A stretch of DNA of 64,000 nucleotides. Source: Carcharhinus longimanus. Its lineage: Eukaryota. Below are positions 38,828 to 51,590 of the stretch, piece by piece (position 1 is the stretch's first letter; each line of letters begins with the position of its first letter). The notes beneath the pieces were generated by a model. It was not told where the DNA came from. It did not search any database and was given only the letters and a program-made list of their open reading frames with translations. Made by a program: the position numbers and the translations under genes. The stretch lies in the NCBI GenBank assembly GCA_030264375.1, contig JASCQW010000132.1, positions 92,494,898-92,558,897 of the forward strand, read 5' to 3'.

Positions 38828-41800
38828 ATCGGAGGATATCCGTTTCTACGGGCTTTGAGCAAGCAAACAAGCACAATTATTTCAACAATAAAAGAGCAAA
38901 AGGTGAACTGGGACCGTCAGATGTAGGTCAGTAACACGAATAATTAATTGTGCATTGCCCAAATTGTGGAACTAGAGAATTTATTTAAGAATTTCAACAG
39001 CTCGTCAGGAATTATTTGCTTATTATAAATAATAAAACCTACAAAAACAACCACTAACTTCTGGTATTGCACTAGGATTACAAGCGCTGTGCAGAATCAA
39101 AATAAAGAGTTATGGTAACGTGATTTGTAGATTAATATTCGCGGCTAGTTTAAATTTCAATTAAATTTCTAAGATAGCTAACAAAGGGGCAACCAAACTG
39201 ATCAGATAAAGTTGACATAGCTTTATTTTAATTATATGTGATATATTTAATGATATATTTGATCAGCCTATAACGTGCCCGTCCACATTTACTTTTGCAT
39301 CACTCTGCCTCAATGCCTCTATCTGTATAGTGCCTATGGGCTCTTGTTTATCCAAGTCAAGTTTATCGACTCACAATCAGACTCGTATACACTTTCCTGA
39401 CCATGTAATTAAATATTTCAATGTGCAATTTCACAAAACTAAAATAGTCGCTTATCTCTGCTTTTTCGTGCTAGAGGTATTAATGGCAATTTTGCAAGAA
39501 ATAACCCGAGATGTTAAGAATTATTCTCAGCTGTTCAAAAAGGATACAGTCTACATCATCTCAAATTTAATGTGTGGTTAACTGAATGTGAAATTCCACA
39601 AGGTTTTTTTTCGAAAGTAGTAACATGCCTCTATCTGCATTTGTGTCTTTGCATCAACCAAACATTTACTTAAAAATACGTAATTGCAGATGAATTTCAT
39701 AGACATAAAAATAGTACTGTTTTAAACGTGAATATTATAGAACTGCGATCTTTGCACTTTGTTTTTGCGTCCAACCTAAGTAGGCTTGCTTATGTAAACA
39801 GTAGATTTTTCTTCCATCTCTTTCTAATCAATGTTAAGTGTGCAATGCACATTCCAAAACAATTTATTTATTTTCACTTATGCCCTTACTTAACACAGCC
39901 CGAGCCGCAACCCTGGAAATGTCCATCTGAAAAGTGAAAGCTGATTTGTCAAAATGTTATGGGATTAAAGAATTCTACATTCATCACATGACACATTCGA
40001 GCCAATCACGCCATCCTCTTGTAAAATCCGTTGAAATATTTGTTGGAAAGTACTTGAGGAGAACCACCCACATTCTCTCTGATCAAGGCAGGTCCAGTGA
40101 TACAATATCGTTGTTTTTTAGATGCTCCGAGTTGAAGTATGTGGAAGATGTCTATTTACACGGAAATAGAAGAAAAATAGTTAATCAGCGTCTATTAGTT
40201 AGGGGTAACCATTGTTGAATTGTTTTGTAGATGGATCATCATTGCTTTCCAAACAAGTTAGTCAAGTACTGAATCTTCTTTCAGCATGTTTTTTTTTGTC
40301 GTTCTTGGGCTTTAAGTAAAATAAGCTAAAGCTAAAAGATGAGAATGAGCAGTTCATGACACATCTCTGATTACCTGAAACATTTCGTGTTATTAATTTA
40401 TCGCAAGATAACGTTTCAAGTAAAATTAATTAAATTGCCAGTATTACGCTTATGGTATAAGCACAGCAAAACAGAAAATGCAATCAATTGGAACAGACAG
40501 TCTGGAACATAATCATTCAGCTTTCCATCCTGCCAATCGCTCTGTGCCAATGCATTCATCCTGAACTGTGAATGTCTATTTACAGTAAATACATGTACCT
40601 TTTATGAGTACAGTGGCGATCACGAGCGATTAAACTAGTTTATTGTAAAAACAATAATGCATTTGGATCATTGAATTTTCGCTGCAGATACCCTCGATAA
40701 TGGTCTCCTGTGCAGTCCTCGTGGAGAAGCTCACACATGTCACTTCAGAGTGCCATAAAAATATAACATTGCGATAGAGATACACGAAACGAAACATTAT
40801 TAAACGAACTTTTAAAGGCTTTATGCGCTGAATCGTCTATAATTATAGCATCGGCTATTATATGTTGATGTATTCGGGACCATTGGAAAACGAAACAAAG
40901 AAGTCATTGTCGAGAACTAAAGGCGTATTAAGACCAGGATATGTCTTCAATATCGTTTTGACTTTCATTTTGCTGGTATTAACTTCACTTCCTTAGGGGG
41001 GAACGAAATGCAAAAATATGTGCCTTTGTTTCTAGTAAATTAAGTTGGAGTCATTGCTGAATTTGCAGTCGATGTGTTTATTGATCTTGATAAAAAATAG
41101 TTTATTTGATTTATTTTGCTTCTTTTTTTAATGCGGCTGCAGCCACACTATCATTTCTGTGGTCGTACATCATTCAATGAAGGGTATATTTATATATAGA
41201 TATATAAACAACGACTTATGTGTTTGTGTGTCGTGTTAACTTCATATCATATAATAAATTCATCTAAAACTTAATATTTTTAATTATGGGAGCAATGGAA
41301 GTGCGCGCTTAATGATTCGTGTGATCAGTGCAATACAGCATTTACTTAAAATACCTGACCTGACTTCAACGATGAACCACAGATTGCTAAAAGTGGATGT
41401 TTAATACTATCCGCGCCTACGACCATCGACAGACCCCCGCCCCGCCCCAAAGAAGACTGCATATATTTGCTTGAAAATGTTGTTTATAATTTTTAAAATA
41501 AAATTTCGCCAATTTATACAATTGTTGAATTTACTTTAAAATATGCAACCAACTGCGAATGAACTGCGGTGAACTTGTTTTAATAAACGGAGTGATTTTT
41601 TTGTAATATATCTGGTTCCAATTAAATCAAATCTGCTTGGATGTACATTGGTAATTGATTCGTTTCTTTCCTGCCATGTGCAATAGAAGATAGCTAGAAT
41701 ACAATAATAGAGTATACTAGATCATGGGTCGGAAAAATTAAATTCTTCAGAAATTAGATAGTTAGGAAAGCACATAGTTGGTAATGTGCCCAATGTAAAA

Positions 41801-43289
41801 CACAAATATAGAACTGCATTTTTAAAATACCATGCCATTAATGCAATCTCAAACGTTGAATTTACAGATGACCTACCAACGTATATTTGCGAATATTGAT
41901 GATGTGCGTGCATACTAGTGACAGAATATAAATACTATTGCATATGTGTGTGCTTATACATATCGATAAGCTAAACGGGTAAATTCCATGCTTAGATATT
42001 ACATGTAATAAACGATTTTGTTTCATATTGCTACATAGATACATGGGTGCACATTCACACACATATCAGACATCAAGCTAATAACAATTGAAATAATAAT
42101 TAGGGCAGTTTATGCTGCGGGCATTTTGAGTCTGAAACGTTTCATTCATCTGAGTGTTAAGTTTACAAAATAACACGAGGGATAATTCAAACATTAGCTT
42201 TGCTGCATTCCTGTTGCATTTCGACGAAAATGTATTTCATTTCGCAGAAATCAAAACAATGAAATGACTATTTGCAAACGTTCCTAAGTATATTCCAGCT
42301 AACTATATATTTATGGAATGATGTCGCTATAATTCAACTTAACGCATTATAATATCACGCATTCAAATATATCCGTTACTGCCATGTAACACATTTTGTA
42401 CAATATAAAACTCGAGATTTCCTTCCAATCATACGTTCGCCTATTTCACTTGTCGGACTTTCTATGTTGGACATAAAATAAAGATTACATGTAATTATCT
42501 ATGTTTGCACCTCCAATTCTGAGATTGCAATAGTGATTGCATGTCACGAAAGCAAAAAATATGTTTCATTCTGTAATGTGGTGCACTTAATTTCTGTCAC
42601 CAATTATAACACTTTCAATCAGCTTGAACTAAGCTTAGTTCTAGCAGTATAGTGCTGTTTAATTGTTGTCCGAAATAACACGGGGCAAAAATGTTCTCTG
42701 CAATCCAGTTCGAAGATTCTGCATTTTGAAATCCGTGATCGCAATTATTTCTCTGCCTATAGAATACAATATCGTAGAATGCTTCCCCCCCCCCCCACCT
42801 TTGTTAGTGTGATTGGTTTCAAATAGTTAATGAATGCGCAGTAAAACTTTAGCTTTTCACCTCTGTTTGGGCAGATGTAAGCAGATAGAATATAAGTTCC
42901 AGTGGCAAATTCGTTGACAGTTATGTGAAAACACGCTCTTAAAAAATGAAGCAGCATATCACCATCTGAACTTTGCCCATTGACCTCAAAACATTTATTA
43001 AGTCGCACAATCAGAAATTATATATAACCGCATTCCGAGTCACTGTCATCCAAAGTAATTTACATATCTCATTAATAAAGCATCAGAAAGAACACGCATG
43101 CAATTCATTAATTGTAGCTTTCATTAAAATGCAATTCACTCTTTCTCCTCTGGTACACACATTCGCGATTAGTTTTCTTGTTGACATTGAACACAAATTC
43201 ACTATTTCATTGTTATTCCATATGTTCTTCCAGTTGAAAAGGGTTCAGTCATTTTGTCACATTGCAAGTTTAGTGCGCACACATGCGAC

Positions 43290-44100
43290 GTGTGTGGGTC
43301 CTGAATGTTCATCTGGGAGACAACTGTATCACACCACGGCTTGGAATATGCTAACCTGACAAAGATTAGGTGCAATTAGAAGACTGCCGCTTGTGTGTTT
43401 GTGTGGGCGCGCCGACTGGGCCCTGGAAAGATTTTTTTTAAAGGCTTTAGGAACACACCGCACCTGTGCGTTTTGCAGCACCGGCTACTTTTGAAAGATT
43501 GCGGATTAGAAAGTTGGAAGAATCCATCCGAAACACACAGGAAAATAGGTCGGTTGCTCGTGCCTCGCGATTTGCTGCGTTTGGAGGTGAGTACAGCGCT
43601 TCTTAACGGAGAATATTCTGAAATTCCAGGCTGCCTTCCTCTCGCCAAGTTCAAAGATCTTCCAAGTTCAAAAGCGACCAGTTGGAGTGAAACTCTGTAT
43701 CCCTTCTCGCTATTCCAATGTTCATGGCTGCTTGGCCTGGCTCTCATATTGCATTCGGGAAGAGGGTCCTGCTAACACAGAATGGCATTTTACTGTTTGT
43801 TTTCATGAATGGGAACACTGCCGAAAATTACCAGCAGACTATCATTGAATTTGATACGACTGCAAATTGCTCTGGATTTTTTTTTGGAACCACGATATTG
43901 AAGTACTAAGCTACAAAGCTGCAGTGAAGGGTATAACTCCATTTTCTTTTTATTATCGTGCCCACCAAGTTCAAAAACATGACATGAACTCCCCCACTCA
44001 TCTTAACTTAGCATTTCGTGTAAAAGTGTTAACGGAATACCAGGCTCAAAATAAAACCTCGCGATAGATTGAAAAATACGGGCAAGCGAAAGAGCTTTCA
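43290..44100 (+). pseudogene. putative Hox12-derived pseudogene remnant in the HoxA12 position
   Basis: Colinear decayed Hox12-like motifs: CVG/LNVHLGDN (43291-43324), C...W and GPWKDF (43392-43435), AKFKD (43644-43658), SLNL.TT.Q (43842-43865). After acceptor cttag (44011) come VNG/TRLKIKP (44028-44059) and KR/ELS (44084-44100). Confidence 0.55.
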
Positions 44101-47100
44101 CGTGCATTTGTAAATAAAGCACCCGTATTAAGAAGGTTATGCCTAAATTATTCAGAGGGGAAGGTTCAGGATTAATTAATGTCTCGTTTATTTTGTCATG
44201 CAGTGTGTTAAAAAGGCACCGACACAGCGTGTTGTACGTGATGTATTGGGCAGCTTAATATTTTGGACCCTGGATTCCATGAAATTATTGAAATAATTGC
44301 ATCAAACTTTTCAATAAAATATGCGAAAGAGTTTCAACAATTTTATTTGGAAAATATACACGAGTTAAAAAGAATTCGGAATGAAACTAGTACATATTTA
44401 CCAGAACAAACATTGTAGATTCCGAATTACACATGGCTACATCCAAACATAGATATAGATACATAGATATGGATACAGGCACACTCTCCTAGCTGGTATT
44501 ATTTCAGAGAAAAAGAAGGAAGTCCTCTCAAATTACTCAGAGGTGTAAATTGCTCACTAATAATTTACAAACCTTGTTACCTTCACGCCAATCCTTACTA
44601 AATGTGCCTATCTCTGCGAGACTACTACTGTTATACTGAAGACAAAGATAATGTTAGAAAAACAAGTTTGAAATATTAATTTTGCTTATTTGTAGATCAC
44701 AATTTGCTGGGTACAATCTCTCATTGCAGGACCATTTAAATAAATTTACTATGGCCCAGCTAAAATAACAATGGGACAATACGATACAACTCTGGCTTAG
44801 TTTTCATCTTCAAGTATGACCCATTTGGGGGCTGTGCCTTCTATTACGTGGGACATTTTAAAATCTTAATTTAAAACGTTCTTGATCAACAAAAGGCGTT
44901 TTTATTTCAGAAAAGTGGTCGTTTCTTGAAGTACCTTCTCTTGAATGAACTTTCTGCAGAATTTCCGAGACACTCGGCATAAAAATGGCCGACAAGTAAC
45001 CGTTGTCTTGTCCTTGCCACTGAACAAGGCCACAAAACAGCCACCCACATAAAAAACAAGAGGCATTTTCGTTCAAAGACGCGCACTTCTCTGGGGCCGA
45101 TATATGCAATTTGGATTCTGAGATTCATGTGTTTTTTAGTAATCCGGGAAAAATAATATCATTGCAGAGCTCCCCACAACAGTAACCATCCCCGCCCGCC
45201 CCACGGTTACCACCTCCAAGAAAGGGTTTTGGTTTGATGTTTATTCCATTTCACACCATTGATTTCAAACGTGGAATGACGTTTCCTTGAAAATATATGA
45301 ACGTTTTAATACTTGCAGCTCGCCCAGTCGATTTCAAAGTCAGCGAATGTTTGAATCAATAATTATGATAAAGTATGACAACCGTGTGGAGGAGTTCGGT
45401 TAAAAGGCAGCAACTAAGATCTAACAATAACTCCTGTGAAATTTTCCTACGTATATGTAGAGGTTGATCAGGAAATGTTTACTTTCACTTATCCATGAAG
45501 ATGCTCTTCTGATTTGCAACCCTTTTTTCCCCCCAAAAAAGTGATGGTGCAGCAATAAGTGAAATCATTCCATGTTAAAGAATTGGATTGGGCTGTAATA
45601 TCGTTAAGTGCTTTTATTTTGCCAGACAATTAAGACATACGTGTCTTCATTTGCACCGTGATAAGCAACGTGCACAATGTAATTCCTGGAAGGAACTAAA
45701 GAACTAATGCGAATGCAATTTCTTGCAAAAAAATCTGTAAAGGACAATATGGCTGGCCGTTTCCAACCCGTATTGATTACATTTAGGGTAACAATAAAAA
45801 TCTATTGGCCACAAATAAAGTTATCAACTTTTAACCGGTGGGTAGTGATATTTTAGAATGAATGACTCAATGCACGACAAATTATATTTTAATTCAGCGA
45901 TTCATTACATTACAATTAATGACACGATCGGCTTTACAAGTGTCGACTGGGCTCGCCCAAATGTTTTTTTTCCCCCAAAATGAACATTTGACTTAAGCTT
46001 CAATATGGCTCGTATCTGTAAAAAGTACATTTCGCAGGCTTGTGGAACATTTTCTCAGAGTTGAAGTTCAATGTTAAGCAGGCTGCTCGCCCTTAAATTG
46101 CAAAGCTGTCAAATAACTCAACTGAAGACTTTCTCTTACCACAATCTCATTTTGGCGCTTGCTTTTTTTTTAAAAAAAGAAAAAAGAATCTTAACAAAAA
46201 GAGTTTTAAATGCGATTCCGTTTCTGATAATAACTGCGACAAAGCTTCGAAGTACACATCAGTGTGCTGAAATTCAGCTTCATCCGGGTCTCAGCCCTCC
46301 CGTTGAGTTGGACTCCTGCAGGAAAATAGCCTACGCCGCAATAATTCACTGATGTCCTTAAAGTTCTGTATTTACATTGCATTTCATTCACATCGAATAT
46401 CAGCCGAATGTCCGCACTGTATGCCTGATCTTACAACAACAAGGTAGGTCAACTTCATTTCTGAAACCATCTCTTTAGTTTCACATGACCACCTCCTTGG
46501 AAATAATTATACGATTAAAGACTAGAAAATGAAGGGACGGGTCAATTTGATCTAGAATCGGTAATTGAAAGCCACAGTAAAAAAAACAGCGATCTTTGAA
46601 TAGTGGGCTGATAATTGGGAAATGCAGATGGATAGAAAATGGCGAAGCGACTAAGATACTGAAGAGAGGTTGGCCCATGCATGGGCTTTTATTTAATCGG
46701 AAACGCAATCGCCAGCTTCCCTTTTCGTTTGGGTGGTTATTAAATAGCTGCACCGTTCCTTTTTCTTACTGTCTTTGAAACATCATCGGCAAACTGCGTT
46801 AGAACACACAGCAGCATAATTACTGAGAATTCAGCCGGGTCGTGGCGAGAGAAAGGAAATAAACTAGATTTTGCTCAACGCGTAGTAAAGACGCATAACG
46901 TACAGTTAAAAACTTATTCTTCCTAACACTGAGTCTGATTTTATCAGACAAAGCCGCGTCCTTGTCTCTTTTGGGGAACGCTTGATTGCTCACATTAGCT
47001 GGGCATGTCAGGGATTCCATGTAGGTGGCGTCTTCAGCTCACCCCTGGCCCGCTATCATGCCTATTCCGGGGTTCTGGTGAAGCTGGTTGTCAAAGCTGC

Positions 47101-49284
47101 TGTTAAAACCGCAGGTCGATCTAAACCGCCCGCTTTCGGTTCTCAGAGGCGCCCTTCTTTATTATGAAGAGAACTGTACATGTGTTGGAATTTGACTATT
47201 CGTATAGCGACAGATGGTGCCACTATCTTTCGGATGTTCTTTCTACCCAAAAATCCCAAACCTTTGAACAAATCCTGCATCGTTCTTAAGTAATTTTGAA
47301 CATGGCATTTGCTAAATAAACCTATTCTGTTTCAAAACCATAATGCACTATTCTGGTAATATCTTATTCTTAAACATTCAAATTTGCAGAGGTTTGCATA
47401 TTATGGCTTTCCTGTATCCGTCTGCATAGTACGTGTAAATATATTTTCTATCGCGATTTTAAATAACTCTCTGGAAGTGCTGCAATGCAAATTCTACAGA
47501 CAACAATGGTTGGGCTGCATGTATAGTGTCTATAATTGATATTACACAGCCTTATTATAAAATGATGTGCGAATATATAAATATGTTAATATTCTCAGTG
47601 GCTTCAGGGTCTACAAATGTTGTATTGTCCGCTGGCCTTATTTGTATAGCGTTTGAATGCAGCTACAGCAGGTCAGAAAAATTAGGAAGCTGGTTGACGC
47701 AGGGATGTTGAAGCCTTTGCATCTCATTGGTTTCTATTGATCATCGGAAGAATGAGAAAAGCAAGATTAAATTGTCAACTCCTTGCGAAAATGTTTCCTA
47801 GTGGAGAGATTTTTTTCACTGCATGGAATTTAATTTAAATAGAAGGTCTTTCTGGCAAATGTTTATGGCAAAGGTCCTTTTTCCCAGGAAACCTGTTTGT
47901 TTTGGCACTGCGCAGTTGTTTTTGGAACATTAAAAAGCTAATTTGTGACAAATTCTAAGGCAAAGTTTAACTCCAGCTCTTTTCTACAGTCCCATTCTTT
48001 TCAGCACATCAGGATTCCTCGCATAGTTTTCAGACTTGTTGCGTGTATTTAAATCAAAAAGATTGCTACACGGAGAGTACTGAAATAAAATGCAATTTAT
48101 TAGCGACTTTTCAATGAATGCAATCCTCACTCAGCTAAAACTATTCAAAATATCTCAATTGTGCATTAAATCTGAACCTGGTGCTTATTCAGTTGTCCTT
48201 GGTGACACTTCATAAAAGTATGAAAAAATGCACCCATGGCCAATGTCAAATAAAGCAACATTCCCTTTATCCGCTTTTGCTCACGTCTGGCTGCTCCATC
48301 CTAAACTTATTTTCAATGGGAGCAAGAGTTCGTTTTGGAAGAACGCACTCACACAAGTTCTGTCTGAAGTGCGAATTTGGCATCGCGCATTGAGATCTTT
48401 TTTGACGCTGATAGTTCTCGGTAGCCGCATAAGCGGTTAACTGCTTAAATAATTTTGGTGAGAGGTCGAAGGGTTTTTGCATGTGGTGGAGTTGAACGTG
48501 ACCATGCCCGCTTGTGAGAAATAAGAAGCAGCATAGCAATCTTAAGATGGGGGGGGGGGCACCCTAGTCACCTCATGCATTTGGCAGATTTGTGTGCATT
48601 CAATTTTTTTTAGAGGAGAACTGATCTAACATGGATTTGGAAACTGTCAAAAACGCACACAAGCGTAGGTCCATTTCGAACTTGTGGAACGGTCTAACTT
48701 TGCTTCTCCACGTCTCTGTGTGGTCTGTAGATTATTGTATGCTCTCATCTTCTTCAAAGAGAGGGAGATTATTTTGCATAAAGCATGATTTAACCATTTA
48801 AAGATTGCAGTCTCACCGTTTTATACTTCAATAAAATCTCATATACAGCTTTAGTCATTATTCATTAGTGATTTCACACATTCTGTGCAGGCAAACTAGG
48901 TTTGCTTTCATTAAAATGGCAAGGAGGAGAAAGCAAAGGGGATTATTTGCCAATAAAAAAAAGCCGAACAATATTCTGGCAGAACCAATATACGTGAGAT
49001 AGGTCAAAAACCGCGCTTTCTGGAAAATAGGCAGTTTTTTATTACATTTCCACTGCGGAAATCGTTACGTGTTATTTCCACGTCCACCCTCGCTTCTAAT
49101 CAGCTTGTTGGAGCGACGCGAAGTGAATGTGCCAAATGCGTCTCTGGTGTGAAGACTGAACACCTTCACAGTATTATTCGAGCTTTCATTCCCCTCTTTA
49201 GAAATGTGCAGAGCTTAGATGTAAAGAGCTTTGCGCTGCTGGTGCGAGGGGGGGAATCCAAAGTGATGCATGTCAATTTCTCCA

Positions 49285-49461
49285 GGCATCTGGTCACATG
49301 ACTAGCTTGTCCCTGCGATGTATGGAGATACATTTCCACGTCAGCTTACGTTTCCAAATTTTTACTCCGCGGATCAGCTTCAAAGAGGCAGCAGCATCTA
49401 AGGACCATGTTTAGCTGTGCGAATGCAAGCTATTCTTGCGCTAGGGGACCCCAAGCAAGCG
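49285..49461 (+). promoter_or_regulatory. HoxA11 proximal promoter and 5' leader with upstream AUGs
   Basis: Motifs ggtcacatgac (E-box palindrome) and ccacgtcagcttacgt (CRE-like). Leader cttcaaagaggcagc. Upstream ATGs at 49407 (out of frame) and 49423 (in frame). Confidence 0.6.
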
Positions 49462-50071
49462 ATGATGGATTTTGATGAGCGGGTTTCTTGTGGCTCTAAT
49501 CTTTATTTGCCTAGCTGTACCTATTATGTCTCCGGTCCGGATTTCTCCAGCCTGCCTTCTTTTTTACCTCAAACGCCGGCTTCTCGCCCCATGACATACT
49601 CTTACTCGTCCAATATCCCCCAGGTTCAACCTGTGCGAGAAGTTACCTTCAGAGACTATGCCATCGATCCCTCCAATAAGTGGCATCACAGGGGTAATCT
49701 GCCCCACTGCTATTCCGCAGAGGAGCTGATGCACAGAGAGTGCCTGCCTGCCAGCACCATGGGCGAGATGTTAATGAAAAATAGCGCCAGCGTTTACCAT
49801 CCCAGCTCCAACGCGTCCTCCAGCTTCTACAACCCGGTGGGGAGGAACGGGGTCCTGCCGCAAGGATTTGACCAGTTCTTCGAGACAGCCTACGGTTCCA
49901 GCGAGAATCAGCAGTCTGAGTATTGCGAAGAGAAGAGTCCAAATAAAGTGCCGTCTGCGGCAACTTCAAGTTCGGAGACTTCCAGGGTGTCCGTGGAGAA
50001 AGAGACGAGCCCCGGGAGCAGCAGCCCGGAGTCTTCTTCCGGCAACAATGAGGAGAAAGGCAGCAACTCCA
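49462..50071 (+). CDS. HoxA11: homeobox protein HoxA11, exon 1
   Basis: (M)[67 protein letters not shown]...[20 protein letters not shown]. Phase-1 donor TCCA/gtaggt. Confidence 0.96.
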
Positions 50072-50129
50072 GTAGGTAGAGTCAGTGCCCAGTTGTGAGA
50101 GAAAGTTTTGCGATCTCGCGCGCTGCTGT

Positions 50130-50232
50130 TAAAATTTTTATGTGCTGTTTTATAAGCATATAAGAGGGTTTATGGATGGCCTGTAGATTTCCCAACAAAA
50201 CTTTTTTTATATAAATGACAGGATCACGTGTT
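50130..50232. promoter_or_regulatory. cluster of TTTAT (posterior Hox/Cdx) sites plus E-box at the start of the HoxA11 intron
   Basis: TTTATG at 50137, TTTATA at 50149, TTTATGG at 50169, TTTATATAAA at 50206, CACGTG at 50225. Confidence 0.5.
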
Positions 50233-51176
50233 CAGCTCTGAAATTGGCCGTGAAATAACTCCAGCCAATCGCTGCATTAAAATACTTCCACCGGCACCTC
50301 AAAAAGTGAGATTGGGGTTAAAAATCCGATCATTTATATGAGTGGGTGCAAAGTTAGCAAAATTGGCTGTTGGCGGCTTGCGATCTTTGCGTGTATTAAT
50401 ACAGCTCAACAATTCTATAAAACACACGTGTTGACACAAAAACTCTATTTATAGGTTGTATTCAGTTCCATGAGTAACCGCTTTAAAACATAATGTGGCA
50501 AAATGACATTTTTAACAGCTATATAAATACTGCAATACCTCTAGCATAGAGCTTTCCATCATAAAAACTTATTTCAGGGCCGGGTGACCGTATTTTATTT
50601 AATAATCGCATTTTATAGCTCGACGTTTGATCGACGCAGTTCTAACGCTGCAATATTGCCTCTGAAGGCAGCTCCATGTTGAGTTTTACAGCGCAGAATG
50701 ACTAAAGAATTAAGCCCCCTCCCCTAAGGAACGGATTGTTGCTACCAAACGTCTTTTGAAAAAAAAGACAGCTCAAGTTTCCCATTCCCCAGTCCCTTTT
50801 AGTTTGAACTCAGCAGATAAAATAAAACTTTTAAAAAACTTCCTGCTTTTCATCCATTTGCTGTCTTTAACGCACAGATAGTGGGACGCCCCTCCTTAAA
50901 GAAAAGCGTTCCCCTTTTCAAAATAAAAATTGTAGCTAATCCCTGGATGCGGGAAGTTCATTTGTAACTTTGAAGTATATCATTGGAATGGGAGCTAGCT
51001 TCAACTTAACAATTCCACAACCATTAGAACTAATACAGATCGAGGCAGCCATCTTTTGTCCCAAGGACCAGTCAAAATATGAAAGAAAAGGGGTGGTATG
51101 CTTTAGAGAACGATTCGGTACTTTGGACACTGCTGGGTGAAAAAAAAAGTATTGTCTGAAAATCAGGAGCTATGGA

Positions 51177-51230
<54 letters not shown>

Positions 51231-51357
51231 NNNNNNNNNNCCCGCCCCGCTTTAAACCCCCAAGCCCTGTGAATATGTGCACAGCAAAGCATGGAAAGAT
51301 GATGTCTCCTCTACATTTCCAATGATCAAAGTTTAACGTACTGTTTACCTGTTACAG

Positions 51358-51590
51358 GTGGCCAGCGTACACGCAAAAAAAGGTGCCCCTACACCAAGTA
51401 CCAGATCAGGGAGCTGGAGAGGGAATTTTTTTTCAGTGTTTATATCAACAAAGAGAAGCGGCTGCAACTTTCCCGGATGCTCAACTTAACCGACCGGCAA
51501 GTGAAAATTTGGTTTCAGAACAGGAGGATGAAGGAAAAGAAGTTAAACAGGGACCGCCTTCAATATTACACCACGAATCCATTGCTTTGA
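51358..51590 (+). CDS. HoxA11: homeobox protein HoxA11, exon 2 (homeodomain); spliced protein about 280 aa
   Basis: Acceptor gttacag. Reads [76 protein letters not shown] to TGA. The ORF track lacks it because there is no in-frame start. Confidence 0.96.

Noticed and set aside
43376-43775. Overlapping 123-126 aa ORFs on both strands as a novel small gene
   Set aside because: No ATG-led gene structure or coherent domain. Better explained as residual open frame in the decayed Hox12-like exon.
44875-45010. Second homeodomain-like trace (FLIN...RISETLGI/GRQVTV) as a possible exon 2 of the Hox12-like fossil
   Set aside because: Spacing between motifs is too long, there is no WFQ, and a better-positioned candidate with an acceptor exists at 44012-44100. 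Probably chance, though worth including in the same alignment test.
49649-49969. Antisense 106-aa ORF within HoxA11 exon 1 (and alternative-frame ORFs in HoxA13 and HoxA10)
   Set aside because: Expected by-product of GC-rich coding sequence, with no recognisable protein features.
51179-51250. Roughly 50-nt poly-G run in the HoxA11 intron as a G-quadruplex or poly-Gly ORF
   Set aside because: It abuts an N gap, so the homopolymer length is probably a sequencing or assembly artefact. The ORF at 51137-51325 is intronic.
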